Shown: one piece after another, positions 1-12,240 of the stretch
Layout of the letters: each line of letters opens with the position of its first letter
How positions within the stretch are numbered: the first letter of the stretch is position 1
NCBI RefSeq assembly: GCF_018350175.1
Contig: NC_058368.1
Span: forward strand, 135,348,001 to 135,412,000
Length of the DNA: 64,000 nucleotides
Source of the DNA: Felis catus
Taxonomy: Eukaryota
Direction: 5' to 3'
The notes under the pieces: model-generated
The model's database searches: none
Told to the model about the DNA's origin: nothing
Seen by the model: only the letters and a program-made list of their open reading frames with translations
Made by a program: the position numbers and the translations under genes

Positions 1-205
1 TCCAGTCAGTTGAGTGTCCAACTTCGGTTCAGGTCATGATCTCATGGTCCGTGAGTTTGAGCCTCACGATGGGCTCTGCACTGACAGCTCAGAGCCTGGA
101 GCCTGCATTGGATTCTGTGTCTCCCTCCCTCTCTGCCCCTCCCTCACTCACACTCTGTCTCTTTCTCTCTCTGTCTCTCAAAAATAAATAAAACATTTAA
201 AAATT
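1..205 (+). mobile_element. Can-SINE (SINEC), 5' end cut by window edge
   Basis: CAGGTCATGATCTC..GACAGCTCAGAGCCTGGAGCCTGC body, CT-rich region, AATAAA/A-rich tail. Confidence 0.95.
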
Positions 206-759
206 TTTAAGACGAATAAAGTTCAAAATCTGAAGGAAGCACACTCACAAGACAAAGAGGCATAAGAACAGAAACAAGAAAGTTGACCTCCAATCTCTCT
301 TGCTCTCTCTCACTCTCTCTCACTCTCTCTCTCTTCACCAGCCCCTTCCCTCTCTTCCTCCCTCCCTCTTCCTTTCCTTCTTCCTCACATTCCTCAAACC
401 AAGCCCAGAGGAGACCCAAAAGCCAGACAGATGCCCAAGGCCATGCCTCATGGGATGTAATACAGAGAAATATGTGTTGAAGAACTGGGGCCAGGTAAGC
501 CAAAACTCACAGAGGTGGGCCCAGGGAGGCTCTAAAACTAAGCACAGAGGATCAACCAGGAGGGTGTTCAGGTGCTCACTGGGTTTTGGGTGCCTCTAGC
601 CTCAGATTTAAACACTCTGGAAAGAGGAGGGTGTCCAGGGGAATCCGGAGCAGAGAAATCTGAAGGCTTCCCCAAAAGCTCACCCAGCAATTTAGGCTGG
701 CTTCACAGGAAAAGGGACTGCTCATCAACCAGCTGTCCAGCTTGAAGATGACGCTCTTA

Positions 760-1290
760 CACACGTTGTTAAGCTGGTCCCACCCATCAGGGAGCAATTT
801 GGCAGACCTATCAAAATATAAAATCTGTATACCATGTGTCACAGCCATTCCACTACAAATATATCTTCCAGATAGACCTGCCTGTGTACACAAAAATATC
901 TCTGCAAAGATGTTCACTGAAGCATGTTGCAATCATAAACACTGGAAACTACCTAAATACTCATTTATTGGGATAGATGAATATATTTAGGTTTGCTCAT
1001 ACAGTGGGATACTCTGTAACCATTAAAAAGAATGAGTCAACTCTTTATTGGTGGCAAGGAAAAAGCTTTAACATCTAATGTTAGGTGAAAAGAACAAAGT
1101 ACAGATATTGTCTACAAAACGGTCCCTTATATCTTATGCAAACATGATATATACATATGTAGGCTTGTGTATTCATGGGATATATCTACAAAGACACACA
1201 CAAAATGCTAATAATGGTTGCCTTTAGGAGAACGTTTGAGGTAAGGAACGGGGAGATAACTCTGGCAGGGAAAGGCTTTTTGTTAAATGC
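760..1290 (+). mobile_element. Old L1 (L1ME-like) ORF2 end/3'UTR fragment
   Basis: GCAATTTGGCA..GATGTTCACTGAAGCA..CATTAAAAAGAATGAG resemble degenerate L1 3' end motifs. Confidence 0.75.
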
Positions 1291-1560
1291 CCTTTCATAC
1301 ACTGATTCCATTTGTCTTTTTAATGTGCGTAGAGACATTGAAAAGAAAACAAAAATAAGAACAAAACATGTCAAATTGATGCAGCTTTCAAGAAACCATT
1401 GTATGCTTTAGTGGTCCAAAGATCAGTTGTTATCTTCATCGGAAAGTAGAATCAAATGGGGTGTAAGACCAGTACCGCAAACGCATTTGACGGTGGTGAG
1501 CAATGAGAAAAGTACTGGATACAAGACCAGAGGACCAGGTTTCCAGTCATGTCCTCACCA

Positions 1561-1830
1561 TCTCATTCTATATATTCTCTCGGGGCCATCACACTTGATC
1601 TTGCTGTTTCAACTCTTGTCTTTGGACTAATCGCCCATAGATCTAAATCTGCAGATCACATCTGTCAAAATAACTAAAGACCCTTCTACCCTATTGTTTA
1701 TTAAATATAGCCCCCACCCCCTGAATCACCTACTGACAATTCAAACTTAAAATGTCCAAACCTCCCACATTTGCCCTCCTGCTATATTCCCGTCTCAAGG
1801 AATAACAGATACCCAAGTCAGGAACCAAGT
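1561..1830 (+). mobile_element. L2 fragment (duplicated at 14130-14353)
   Basis: TTCAAACTTAAAATGTCCAAA resembles L2 CTCAAACTCAACATGTCCAAA; near copy at 14130. Confidence 0.65.
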
Positions 1831-1911
1831 CTGCCTGTTTTCCCCTCATAAATGGCTGCATGAGCTAGGTGGTCTCCGGCTCCCTTCCCTCCTCTAAGAA
1901 GCAGCATTCCT

Positions 1912-2074
1912 GGGGTGCCTGGGTGGCTCGGTAGGTTAAGCGTCCGACTTCAGCTCAGGTCATGAGTTAGTGGTTCGTGAGTACGACCCCCACATCGGGC
2001 TCTGTGCTGACAGCTCAGAGCCTGGAGCCTGCTTCGGATCCTGTGTCTCCCTCTCTCTCTGCCTCTCTCCTGCT

Positions 2075-2123
<49 letters not shown>

Positions 2124-2152
2124 AATAAATAAACATTAAAAAAAAAACATTT
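1912..2152 (+). mobile_element. Can-SINE, full length
   Basis: GGGGTGCCTGGGTGGCTC start, (CT)n, poly-A; TSD AAGAAGCAGCATTCCT / AAGAAGCATCATCCCT. Confidence 0.97.
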
Positions 2153-2167
2153 AAAGAAGCATCATCC

Positions 2168-2365
2168 CTGGCATATCATGCTCATAAGCTTGGGCTTTGG
2201 ACTCCAAATCCCAGCCCTGCTGACTTAGGACGGTGTGACCCTGGGCAGTGTATTCAATCTTCTAAACCCAAATTTCCTCATCTGAAAAATACAGGTACTA
2301 ATTCTACCTGCCTTGAAGGATTTTGTGAGAAATAGGAGGCTACTCTAAGGACTTAGCACAGGGGA
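2168..2365 (+). mobile_element. MIR
   Basis: GTGTGACCCTGGGCAG..TTTCCTCATCTGAAAAAT core. Confidence 0.8.
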
Positions 2366-2469
2366 CGCTCTATGTGCTGTGCTCCAACCCAGCTATGCTC
2401 AGTCTCTGCTCCTAGTTCAGACTCCCAACCAATCTACATGCATCTTCCTGAGCTGCTTACTGTCTATCA

Positions 2470-2670
2470 CATCAGCTGGCTTCATTCCTTTACAATATAC
2501 ATCATAATATGTAATTACCTTGAACATTAGTTTGTTTATTGTCTGTCTCACCCCAACTAGAATGTAAACTCCGGGAGGTTGGTGATTTTATTTTTCAGGC
2601 TCCCCACTCTGGTTCTAGCCCCTAGCACCGTGGCTGGCTGATGCAAACTTATTGGATGAAAAATGAGTAA
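2470..2670 (+). mobile_element. L2 3' end
   Basis: TTTGTTTATTGTCTGTCTC..CTAGAATGTAAACTCC..CCTAGCAC. Confidence 0.75.
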
Positions 2671-2739
2671 AAGGGGGTTAGCTGCTAGGTGCTGTTGACC
2701 CGCACAACTCCTCGCTAGAGGAGACTGATAATATTTCTC

Positions 2740-2890
2740 TCATAGGGTGACTGTAAGAATTGCTAATCCCACTTTATAGAGGCTCAGAACAGTTAAGCGT
2801 GTGCCCAAAGTTTCCAGCTATTAAGTGGCAGAGCCAGGATAAGAACCCATCCCGTTTTTTCAATCCAAACTGTTCCCTCAACCATTAGAC
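2740..2890 (-). mobile_element. MIR fragment
   Basis: GAGGCTCAGAACAGTTAAG..AAGTGGCAGAGCCAGGAT. Confidence 0.7.
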
Positions 2891-4154
2891 TACTCGAAGG
2901 CAGTATATTGCCTTGACTGGAGTTATATACATACAACTCCTGCCTGGCTCCTAATTACATGCTTCAAACAACAATCATGTTCGACCTTTCAATTCTGCAT
3001 TGCCTGAAACACCACTAATGGGAAATCCTATAATGAATGGGAAATCTCACTAATCTATGCTATTGCACATTTATCCCCTGCAGTCCCCTCCCGCCGACCC
3101 TTGAAAGGTCTTTGCTGGAGGCAGAAAACAGAAGACTTACTGGAGCCGTGCATCAACACTTTGAAACATCCCGGGTGAAGCTCAGAATTATTCACAATTA
3201 CCAAATAACCAAAGTGACTGACTGTCATTTGAATATCACCAAAGTCATAAGAAGTAGTCACATGTAAAGTCTTCTTACATTTGGAGAAGGAAAGAATAGC
3301 AACTAAAAAGAAACACTGAAATCTCAGAGGCTGATTAAAGGCTCCTGGTGTTGTCATTTTTGAGGTTACGTAAAGTTTATGAGCATTGCCTGCCTTAAAG
3401 CTGTTGTTGTTATTGAGCTGTTCGGCATTTGTAAAGTTCCTGCCTATAAAGCCCACAAAAATACAAGAAGTTGTGACTAATTCCTTTGTTTTTGGATATA
3501 AGTTCTACCATTGGCAAGCAGGAAAACCTTTTAGACACAAAGGTTCAGAGGGAGAGAGGGGGAAATGTAAACGCTGCCTTGGCCAGGATACTAATAATAT
3601 GTAGCACTGGCCTTAGAAGAGCGAATCACAGAATAAACAAGCACCTGTTATTGATTAACCAATCAGATGTATGTTCTGGGGAAGATGCCTTTGAAGCCTA
3701 GGTTGAAAATGCTCAGCAAGAAAAAGTTTCCACATTTCTGTTTTTCTCTTATCCAATGGGATGGGAAGATAATAGTTTGTGCTCAAAATCCAAACAGCAT
3801 ATTCGGTCCCCTTAAAAACAAATTGTTCCATTTTCCTAGTGAACAAGTTAAGACCTATGGTTTAGTCTTTAGAAGCCAATTCATTCAGAATTTGTAATTA
3901 ATTCCATCTCCAAACAGTCAAACTGAGTGTCCTATAGAAAAAACACAGCTCAATGGAATGCTGTTTTGGACACATGCAAATATGGTCACCGGTATGATCT
4001 ACACATACAAATCTTACAGGATCAAGACCCAAAACTCACTGGCATCTCAGTTAAATGGATCTTTCAATGACAGAGATCTTTAATAGCTGAAGAAAGTGGC
4101 AAATGGCAACAGGCGGCTCCAACATACTAGAGAACATACTAGAGAACAGGCCGC

Positions 4155-4355
4155 TCCAACATACTCAAAATGTGGTTTGTGAACCACTTTTTTCACGAAT
4201 ACCTTGGAAGCTTCTGAAAACACAGATTTCTAGGCCTCAGATGAGTCCTAGAATTTCATGGGTTGGATCCATTACTCTGCAAAAACAAAAACAAACAAAC
4301 AAAAAACGCTTCTCAGGTGAATATTTTACATTCTAGCATTTTAGAAGCACTGGAT
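4155..4355. mobile_element. MER5-like hAT-Charlie fossil
   Basis: TACTCAAAATGTGG start, TTTAGAAGCACTGG end, CAGATTTCTAGGCC internal. Confidence 0.65.
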
Positions 4356-4829
4356 TATAAAAATCAGGACACCTGCTCAGACCAAGGAACCCAGGCTTTG
4401 CACATCTACACAATGTAGAAAAGGTGTAGACAAATAGCAAAAACAAACTTCCATTTTGGTGGAAGCAAAAAGGGAAATATCTTTATAAAATAATCAAAAC
4501 TATACAGATACCTCATTTCACCTTTTTTTCTTCTTCCTTCAATAAAGCAGAGGGAGACTTTTTCAGGCACAGAAAGTCTCACCTCCTCTTACAATAAGAA
4601 ATAAATAAACGGTCATTTCATGCACTCTAAAACTAATAAACAGGAAGAACAATGGATTTAGAGACATAGGGAAATGATGAATCAAGTTCTGGACATTAGT
4701 GCACAAAACAATTATTAATAAGTTAATTAATAAATACAATTGATTAATAATTAATAAATTAATTAAATAATATTAATTATTTGATTAAATTAATGAATAA
4801 ATTACTTATTAATTCATTATTAAATACAA

Positions 4830-6330
4830 TGCTCCAGTTTGAGCATTGTAGGGCCATCCAAGTGAAGTTTTCCTTTGGTCAGCTGAGTATTCTGATCTCA
4901 AACTCAAGAAGAGGTCTAGAATCAACAACATAGAAGTGATACTAGAAGCCTTGAATATAAAGTGTGTAGAATGGCAAAAAAAAGAATAAGCACAGAAATT
5001 TCGGGAACATCTGAAGTAAAATTCCTCAGCAAAGAACAAAGAGAGCTGAGAAAGTGACATGATGGATACAAAAGAAAAAACGTCAAGAGAAAGGAATGAT
5101 CAACACTGTCAACTACACAAGAAAGAGCTTATAATCTAAGTCAAGAAAGTACCTAGGAATTTGATGACTGGATCACCGGTAATCTCTGTAAGAGATGCTT
5201 CCAGAGAATACTGTGCTAGGAAGCCAGATTGCAGAAATTTGAGGAGCAACAGGAAAGTTAGGAAGTCAAGATAACAAGGATCATATTTGAAGAAGTTTGG
5301 TAAGGAAGAAGTTCTGGCAGTCAGAGAGCGATGTTTCAGAAGGCGGATACAGGTACTTATCTGGGTACCAAGGGAAAGAATCAACAGAGAGAGGTAGTAG
5401 CAATATATAGAATGGAGGGTAATGGATGGACAAGCTCCAGAGAGAAGAGGATATGTGATATAAAAGCACAGAGGGAGAATTGGCTTTAAATAGGAGAACA
5501 GATGTTCAGAAAGGAATATTTTACTTGGATGCTAGAGTGAGGGATAATAGGAAAGTCAGGTGCAGAGGAGTCTGCAGGTGAGGAAGGAAGGAGAGAAATG
5601 AGGAAAGTCACAACAACCACAATTTTCCCTCTGAGATAGAAAAAAAGGGGCATCTGTTTAGACAGAAGGTGGAGGGATTAGAGTAGACAGTTGAGAAGGT
5701 AAGAGGATTTGGAACAGCTATGATAGGAAATAGGAAAGGAAGCTGACCAGGAGCGAGTGAAAAGGCTGATGAGCTGAGGTGAGGCCCAATTAAGGTCAGA
5801 GGCCACTAGTCAGATCAATTGCACATCTGGGCAATTCTCTCCAGCAACATTCAGTATCCTGGTGACAGAAGTAGAGAGGATCACAATGGTGGGCACCTTA
5901 AGTGGGGTAGAGGTGAAGGTCATGAGAGTCAAAGAGGCTAAATAATTGTAGGTGGAAATGTAAATGGAAACTGAAAGCAATCAGGAAATGGAATGAAAAA
6001 TAAACCTATAAGCTAGGTTCCAAAGTCCCCATAAATATTGGGTAAGCCAACATTTAAGATGAGGAGCAGAGGAAGTAACATAGCTAGACCACATAAATTT
6101 CAAAGTAAAAGAGACTTTCACATGAGGATCCAAGAGAAATGCTTTAGTGGGACATGAAGAAACACAAACACCTCCCTTGGCCTACTGATGTGTGGAATAT
6201 AAAGTATTTCCTCAAAAGGGCCACTGAGGAAGCAGGTTCTAGAGAAGAATAAATTTCAGTTAAAGTGAAAGGTGAAGAGAATTTCTCTAAGAAGTCTAGG
6301 ATATAGAAAAGTTAATTTAAAATAAAATGA
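4830..6330 (-). mobile_element. Long degenerate L2 fragment
   Basis: Purine-rich antisense L2 motifs, e.g. GGAAGCCAGATTGCAG, GAAGAAGTTTGG, GAGGTCTAGAATCAAC. Confidence 0.6.
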
Positions 6331-6336
6331 GTTTTG

Positions 6337-6457
6337 GGGGTGCCTGGGTGGCTCAGTCAGTTAAGTGTCTGACTTCGGCTCAGGTCATGATCTCGTGGTT
6401 TGTGAGTTCGAGCCCCACGTCGGGCTCTGTGCTGACAGCTCAGAGCCTGGAGCCTGC
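6337..6457 (+). mobile_element. Can-SINE, 3'-truncated
   Basis: Intact 5' ~120 nt ending at GGAGCCTGC; no CT tract or tail. Confidence 0.93.
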
Positions 6458-6584
6458 AAGCAAAGAATAAGGCAGGTGTTTATTCATAGATGGGGAAATA
6501 AACATATGTAATATAATCAAGTTCACATAACAGGTATGTATAATTTGATTCTATTTTTGTAGGAAAACAGAGACTAAATACAAT

Positions 6585-6830
6585 AATAATAACAAGCATT
6601 TACATAGCCCTTCCTATGTATCAGGCACTATTCTAAGCACTTTATGTACATTAACTCATTTAATCCTCACAACAAGCTTACTATTGTCCCTCTGTTGCAG
6701 ATGAGGACACTGAGGCACAGAGAGGCCAAGTACTTTCCCAACATTACACAGCTAATATGCACTGAAGCAGTATTTGAGATCAGGCAGCTGGATCCAAGAA
6801 TCTGAAAGGTTAACCACTATACATACTGAC
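6585..6830 (-). mobile_element. MIR
   Basis: ATTAACTCATTTAATCCTCACAAC..CAGATGAGGACACTGAGGCACAGAGAGG. Confidence 0.88.
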
Positions 6831-7464
6831 TACATATGTTTACACATATATTCATGCTGAGATCAATACATACATAAAAGAAAATTGATAATTAGAAAAT
6901 TTTAACTTTTTGTATTATTCAACCCTCCCTGACTTCCTTCAATCCTTACCTCTCTCCGTCTCAACCTTCTTTATCTCCAATTCCCTCCAACCAAGCCTTA
7001 CAAGAGCAATCTACAATACCTATTGTATTAGGTATTAACTAATTACAAGCCATAATTTACATTTTAATTGATAACCCTTCAAAAGCAAGGTAATTTTACC
7101 ATCCAAAAGAATGAGGCCATAATAGAATAGTAGAGTGATAAGTAGGGAGGTTTGCATTTTGGGGAAAGAGGGCTAAAATTCATTGTAATGAATGACCATA
7201 CACTCTCAAGTTGTCTGTACATGTATACATGAGTGTGTGTGTTTGTAATATGTGTGTGTTGTTAATATAATTTTGAGATTATAAATGGAAACTGTGCTTT
7301 CTAAATAAATAAATAAATAAATAATTTTTTTTAAAAATTTTAAGAATACAGGAAAACCAGTAATGTTACTCTTAAATATGACTAGTGAGAGTATGTATTG
7401 TCACCTCCTTTTCAGAAAACAAATTAGCCACTTGAATCAAAAGCTTTAAAATATTTGTAATCAT

Positions 7465-7679
7465 TTTTTTAATCTTTTAATGTTTATTTATATTTGACAG
7501 AAAGACAGAGTCCGACTGGGGGAGGGACAGACAGAGAGAGAGAGACACAGAATTTGAAGCAGGGTCCAGGCTCTGGGCCATCAGCACACCGCCTGATGTG
7601 GGGATTAAACTCACCAACTGTGAGATCATGACCTGAGCAGAAGTCAAATGCTTAACCGACTGAGCCACCCAGGTGCCCG
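7465..7679 (-). mobile_element. Can-SINE
   Basis: CTGAGCCACCCAGGTGCCC end; TSD AAATATTTGTAATCATT / AAATATTGGTAATCATT. Confidence 0.95.
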
Positions 7680-7744
7680 AAAATATTGGTAATCATTAAG
7701 AATAATGTTTTTGCAAGAATAAATGACATGGAAAGAGAATCATG

Positions 7745-7995
7745 ACAAAACAGATGAACATAAGGGAAGGGAAACAAAAATAATATAAAAACAGGGAGGG
7801 GGACAAAAACATAAGAGACTCTTAAATATGGAGAACAAACAGAGGGTTACTGGAGGGGTTGTGGGAGGGGGGATGGGCTAAATGGGTAAGGGGCATTAAG
7901 GAATCTACTCCTGAAATCATTGTTGCACTATATGCTAACTAACTTGGATGTAAATTTTAAAAATAAATTAAAGAAAAAGAATAAAAAAGAAAAGA
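7745..7995 (+). mobile_element. Carnivore L1 3'UTR fragment
   Basis: CATAAGAGACTCTTAAATATGGAGAACAAAC, G-rich tract, A tail; AGAATCATGA at ~7736 and ~8166 as probable TSD. Confidence 0.85.
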
Positions 7996-8015
7996 GCATG
8001 AAAAAATTATAAAGA

Positions 8016-8165
8016 GGGGTGCTCCCCTGACTCAGCCGGTGGAGTATGTGACTCTTGACCACAGAGTTGTGAGTTAGAGCCCCACATTAGGTGAAGAGAT
8101 AACTTAAAAATAAAATTTTTTTAAAGAGTAAAAAAAATAAATAAATAAAAAAGAAAAAGAGAAAA
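8016..8165 (+). mobile_element. Short tRNA-derived carnivore SINE lacking CT tract, in the L1 tail
   Basis: GACTCAGCCGGTGGAGTATGTGACTCTTGA..GAGCCCCACATTAGGTGAAGAGATAACTTAAAAATAAAA. Confidence 0.75.
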
Positions 8166-8469
8166 AGAATCATGATGTATTGGTAGGTGAAAAAGTTTAC
8201 AAAAGGTCATGTATGTTATGATCCCAATTTTGTAACTATAGGTATACATTTATATACGTACACACGCACATACACATATACAGTGTTCGTATAGATATGT
8301 ATAGACAAATTGCTGAAAAGACATCAAAGTATTAACATTAATTATCTCTGGGAGTTATGGTAATTTTTCCTTATTTATGATTCTCTCTACTTTCACACTT
8401 TCTACAATGTAAAGTTAATATATCCGTATTTAGGGGAAAACATTTTAAAAACAGATTCTTCTAAAACAT

Positions 8470-8890
8470 GCAGCAATATAAGTGAAAAAAGTCAGTCAGA
8501 GAAAGACAAATACCCAAATAAACCATATGGTTTCACTTGTATGAGGAATCTAAAAAACAGAACAAACAAACAAAAAAAGCAAACAGACTGTAAATACAGA
8601 GAACATGCTAGTGGTTGCAGGTGGAAGGAGTGAAATAGATAAAGGGGATTAGGAGGTACAAACTTCCAGTTATAAAATAAATAAGGCAAGAAGATGAAAG
8701 TACAGTGTAGAGGAACATAGTCAATGCTATTGTAATAACATTGGATGGTGACAGATGGTAACTAGATATCTCATGGTAAGCGCAAAGTAACGTAGAGAAT
8801 TGTTGAGACATATGTTATAGTCCTGAAACTAATATAATATTGTATGTCAATTATATTTCAATGATAATTTTTTTAAAAAAGAAAAAAAAC
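8470..8890 (+). mobile_element. L1 3' end (older carnivore/L1MA-like)
   Basis: AGTCAGAGAAAGACAAATACC..GGTACAAACTTCCAGTTATAAAATAAATAAG..CCTGAAACTAATATAATATTGTATGTCAA. Confidence 0.88.
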
Positions 8891-10814
8891 AAGATGGAGT
8901 AAGAAAAGCCAGTACTCAGGATAAGAGAGAAAAAAGGGAGAAAAGATAACTACAAAGGACAATATGGATACAAAAGGAACTTGCTAATATATCATGCCTG
9001 CAGAGATAATTCAGAAGATGAAGACAAGACACATCCAAAGATGAATACGAAAGACTGGCCAAAGGCTAAAATACCTGGTCAGGAAGTGGAAGCCAAAAGT
9101 GACCTGAGACCTGCATCATTTGGAAGGACAACAAAAAGAACCATTTTCCTTATGTTTACACTGAGAAGATCAAGAAAGGTGTAAGTGTTATTTGGGGCAA
9201 ATGGAGTAAAACTAATATAATTTGCATTTCCCAGTGCATGCAAACATGGAAATAACAATAGGCGGTAATAATGGACACAAATACTCTTTCTCTGGCTTCA
9301 ACCCTACCCATTCTGCTGAACTTCTAACAGTCACAGAGACATACACACACCCCAGAAGTTCCTTTTATATGGCTGTTGGAATTTCCAAAGCCAAATAGAG
9401 ATAATACCGAGTCATCCAGTTTTCACTGCTCTGCCATTTTTCTCCTTTCCTGCACTGGTTCTCCATGGAGAGTTCTCAGCTACGGTCCGCACCAAAGGCA
9501 GCAGCAACTGCTGTTGCCTAAAAAGCCATCACCTCTGTCAACATCTTTCCTGCTGATAACACCAGTTCTCATAGCTTGTGCTCTCAATGGCCTACAAAAG
9601 CTACTAAGAAATGGCCATTTAATATTGGCTTGCTCACCCTGGGTTTGGGCATAATTGGGGGGGGAGGGCCAAGGCAGAGAACAACTGAAATGACACATGG
9701 GGGACTGTGCTCAGAATTGCCTCTCCTTTTGATAACTGGCCCATCCTCCTTGGACCAACTTCTTGGCCTCCAAGAATTCTCTCATGTCCCTCTGCCTTTT
9801 CTGCTGATTCTATCTCTGGAAGATCCTCAGACCTTCAAATAAAGAACACTATCACTCTGGGTCCATAATCGTTTGGGCATGCAAGCTCATATCTAACTTC
9901 TCAGCTAAAGCTGAGATTCCTGCTGGGCTAATGAAGGACAGTCAGAAAGCATGACTCTTTAGCTTCTGTTTTGCTTCCATCTTATCAGAAAATATCTGCT
10001 GGACATGGGGACCAAGGAGGAAATAAAACCCATGGTAAATGAAAAGCCATGAATTTTCACCCAGATATTCAAAATAGTCATGTCCCCTAGCTCTGACACG
10101 TCACCTACTACCTCTGAAAATCTGCAGATGAAATGGCTGGTCATAATCAGTAATTAGTGAGAATGCACAGAAAATCACAGGAGGGGTGCTGGACACAGCC
10201 AGTCAGTCCCATTTTTAAGCACAGGAAAGAAAGAGAATTCACAAATGTGAGAATGGTGAATTTGAGCACCATATGGGCAAAACTCTAGATTTATTTTGTA
10301 TGTGGTAGCTATTCAGTCTCTGGCCACAGAGTCAAGAAATTTAACTTTCTTGAGTTTTCACGACTACTGAATTTCTCAGTGTGAGTGCTCATTTCCAGGC
10401 TAATGGAAAATTTTAACTTCAGGGTTTTCTGAGATTACTCCCTGATCATCCTTGGGTCATATATAGAACCAAGATGTGAGACAGGTAGAGTAGGGCACTG
10501 GGGTGTAGGTGGAAATATGCTCTTCTAGTTTCCTCTAAGATTTCCATTGTCCCTGTTCTTGTGGCCATTTGGGGTCCAAAAATGCTAATCTTTCAGGGGA
10601 AAAAAAAAACAGTAATCACTGATAATTAATTCTGCTGTACCAGGTTTATTTCACTTTTTTTTTCCATAGCATTATGATCATGGTGTCTCCAGGGTATCAA
10701 GATTTCAGTAGAAGAGTCTAAAAGGTTTCATGATGTTTCTGAAAAAAATGGATAAATGTAGCTAGATTCCAGCATAGTCAATATATTTATAACCTAGCTA
10801 ATCATGATAAAGAT

Positions 10815-10975
10815 GAGAGGCAGTCTAGGTCAGTGACTAAGAGTATAGATTTTGAAATCTAAATGCCCAGGTTCAAATTCCATCTATTTCACTACTGTAG
10901 ATGTGCCCAATGGAAAGTACTTAATTTTTCCCCACCTCAGTTTTCTCATCTATAAAAATGGGGATGATCATAATT
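10815..10975 (+). mobile_element. MIR (3' part probably resumes ~11440-11520)
   Basis: CCTCAGTTTTCTCATCTATAAAAATGGGGAT. Confidence 0.8.
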
Positions 10976-11029
10976 TTAACTTTGTGACAGGGACTACTAA
11001 TGTTCAGCAAATATCTAATGCTTTGCTAA

Positions 11030-11435
11030 TTTATCAGTCCTCATGGGTCCAGATGAAGTCCTATGACTAATACAGGCTAATGGGACGTGAGTGGAAGAGA
11101 AAGATGTGAGCCCTTAAAAACATCTTGGCCCTTAAAAACATCTATTGGTTTCCTCCATTCTCTTTCTCCCTCCCTTCCTTTCTCTCTCTCACCCTCTTTC
11201 TCTCTCTCCCTGTCTCCCTCACTCCCTCTCCTCTCCCTTTGCAATGGCAGCCTTGGAGATCACATGTTCCAGATGGAAATGGCTTGGTTTACCAAGTCAT
11301 CACTTAAAGGAAAGAGCTACCCTGAAGAGTTACACAGCCCACACTGGAAAATGATATGAATGAGAAATAAACTTATATTGAATGAAGACATTGGGATTTT
11401 GAGGTTTGTCTACTGAGACAGAGCTAATTATCCTG
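11030..11435 (+). mobile_element. MaLR LTR (MLT1-type)
   Basis: TGAGAAATAAACTT..GGGATTTTGAGGTTTGT 3' signature. Confidence 0.7.
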
Positions 11436-11580
11436 CCCAAGAGGATAATAAAGCACTCACCACAGTACCTGCCAGATGAAGTATACCCGGTAAATGTAAG
11501 TAATATTTGTGGTCATCATCATCATCATCAGTAGTGGAAAGGCTTCAAAATATTGTGGGCTTCAAAATATTGGGGATTAA

Positions 11581-11750
11581 TAAGAGACTCTTAAATACTG
11601 AGAACAAACTGAGGGTTGATAGGGGTGGGGGAGAGGGGAAAGTGGGTGATGAGCATTGAGGAGGGCACCTGTTGGGATGAGCACTGGGTGTTGTATGGAA
11701 ACCAACTTGACAATAAATTATATTTTAAAAAATTAAAAAATAAAAAAACA
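11581..11750 (+). mobile_element. Feline-type L1 3' terminal fragment
   Basis: GAGAACAAACTGAGGGTTGAT..GGGATGAGCACTGGGTGTTGTATGGAAACCAA; TSD AATATTGGGGATTAA / AATATTTGAGATTAA (~12000). Confidence 0.92.
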
Positions 11751-11754
11751 AAAA

Positions 11755-11980
11755 TTTTTTTTTTATAAATTTTTTTTCAACGTTTATTTATTTTGGGGAC
11801 AAAGAGAGACAGAGCATGAACGGGGGAGGGGCAGAGAGAGAAGGAGACACAGAATCGGAAACAGGCTCCAGGCTCCGAGCCATCAGCCCAGAGCCTGACG
11901 CGGGGCTCGAACTCACGGACCGCGAGATCGTGACCTGGCTGAAGTCGGACGCTTAACCGACTGCGCCACCCAGGCGCCCC
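11755..11980 (-). mobile_element. Young Can-SINE (SINEC_Fc-like) inserted in the L1 poly-A tail
   Basis: CpG-intact GACTGCGCCACCCAGGCGCCCC; nearly identical to copy at 29422-29641. Confidence 0.97.
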
Positions 11981-12240
11981 ACAAAATTTTTTTAAAAAGA
12001 ATATTTGAGATTAACTCCTAACTTACTATCAACAACAATGCGTTTTACCTCTTGGGACTTCATTTTATAAACAGAGGTAACCAACCTCGCCTCATGAAAT
12101 TGTCGTGGGAATTAACATCGAGATGTAAAAAAAAATTTTGGAACTGACACATAAATGTTAAATATTTTTACCAAATGATTGTTGATTATTTCTAATTATT
12201 CAACAGCAATGGCTGTTTCTAATTATTCAACAGCAATGGC

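Noticed and set aside
4710..4825. AT-only quasi-palindromic stretch
   Set aside because: Low-complexity sequence; self-complementarity is expected from composition alone.
8016..8100. tRNA gene
   Set aside because: Degenerate tRNA-derived SINE head with an A tail; no intact cloverleaf is evident.
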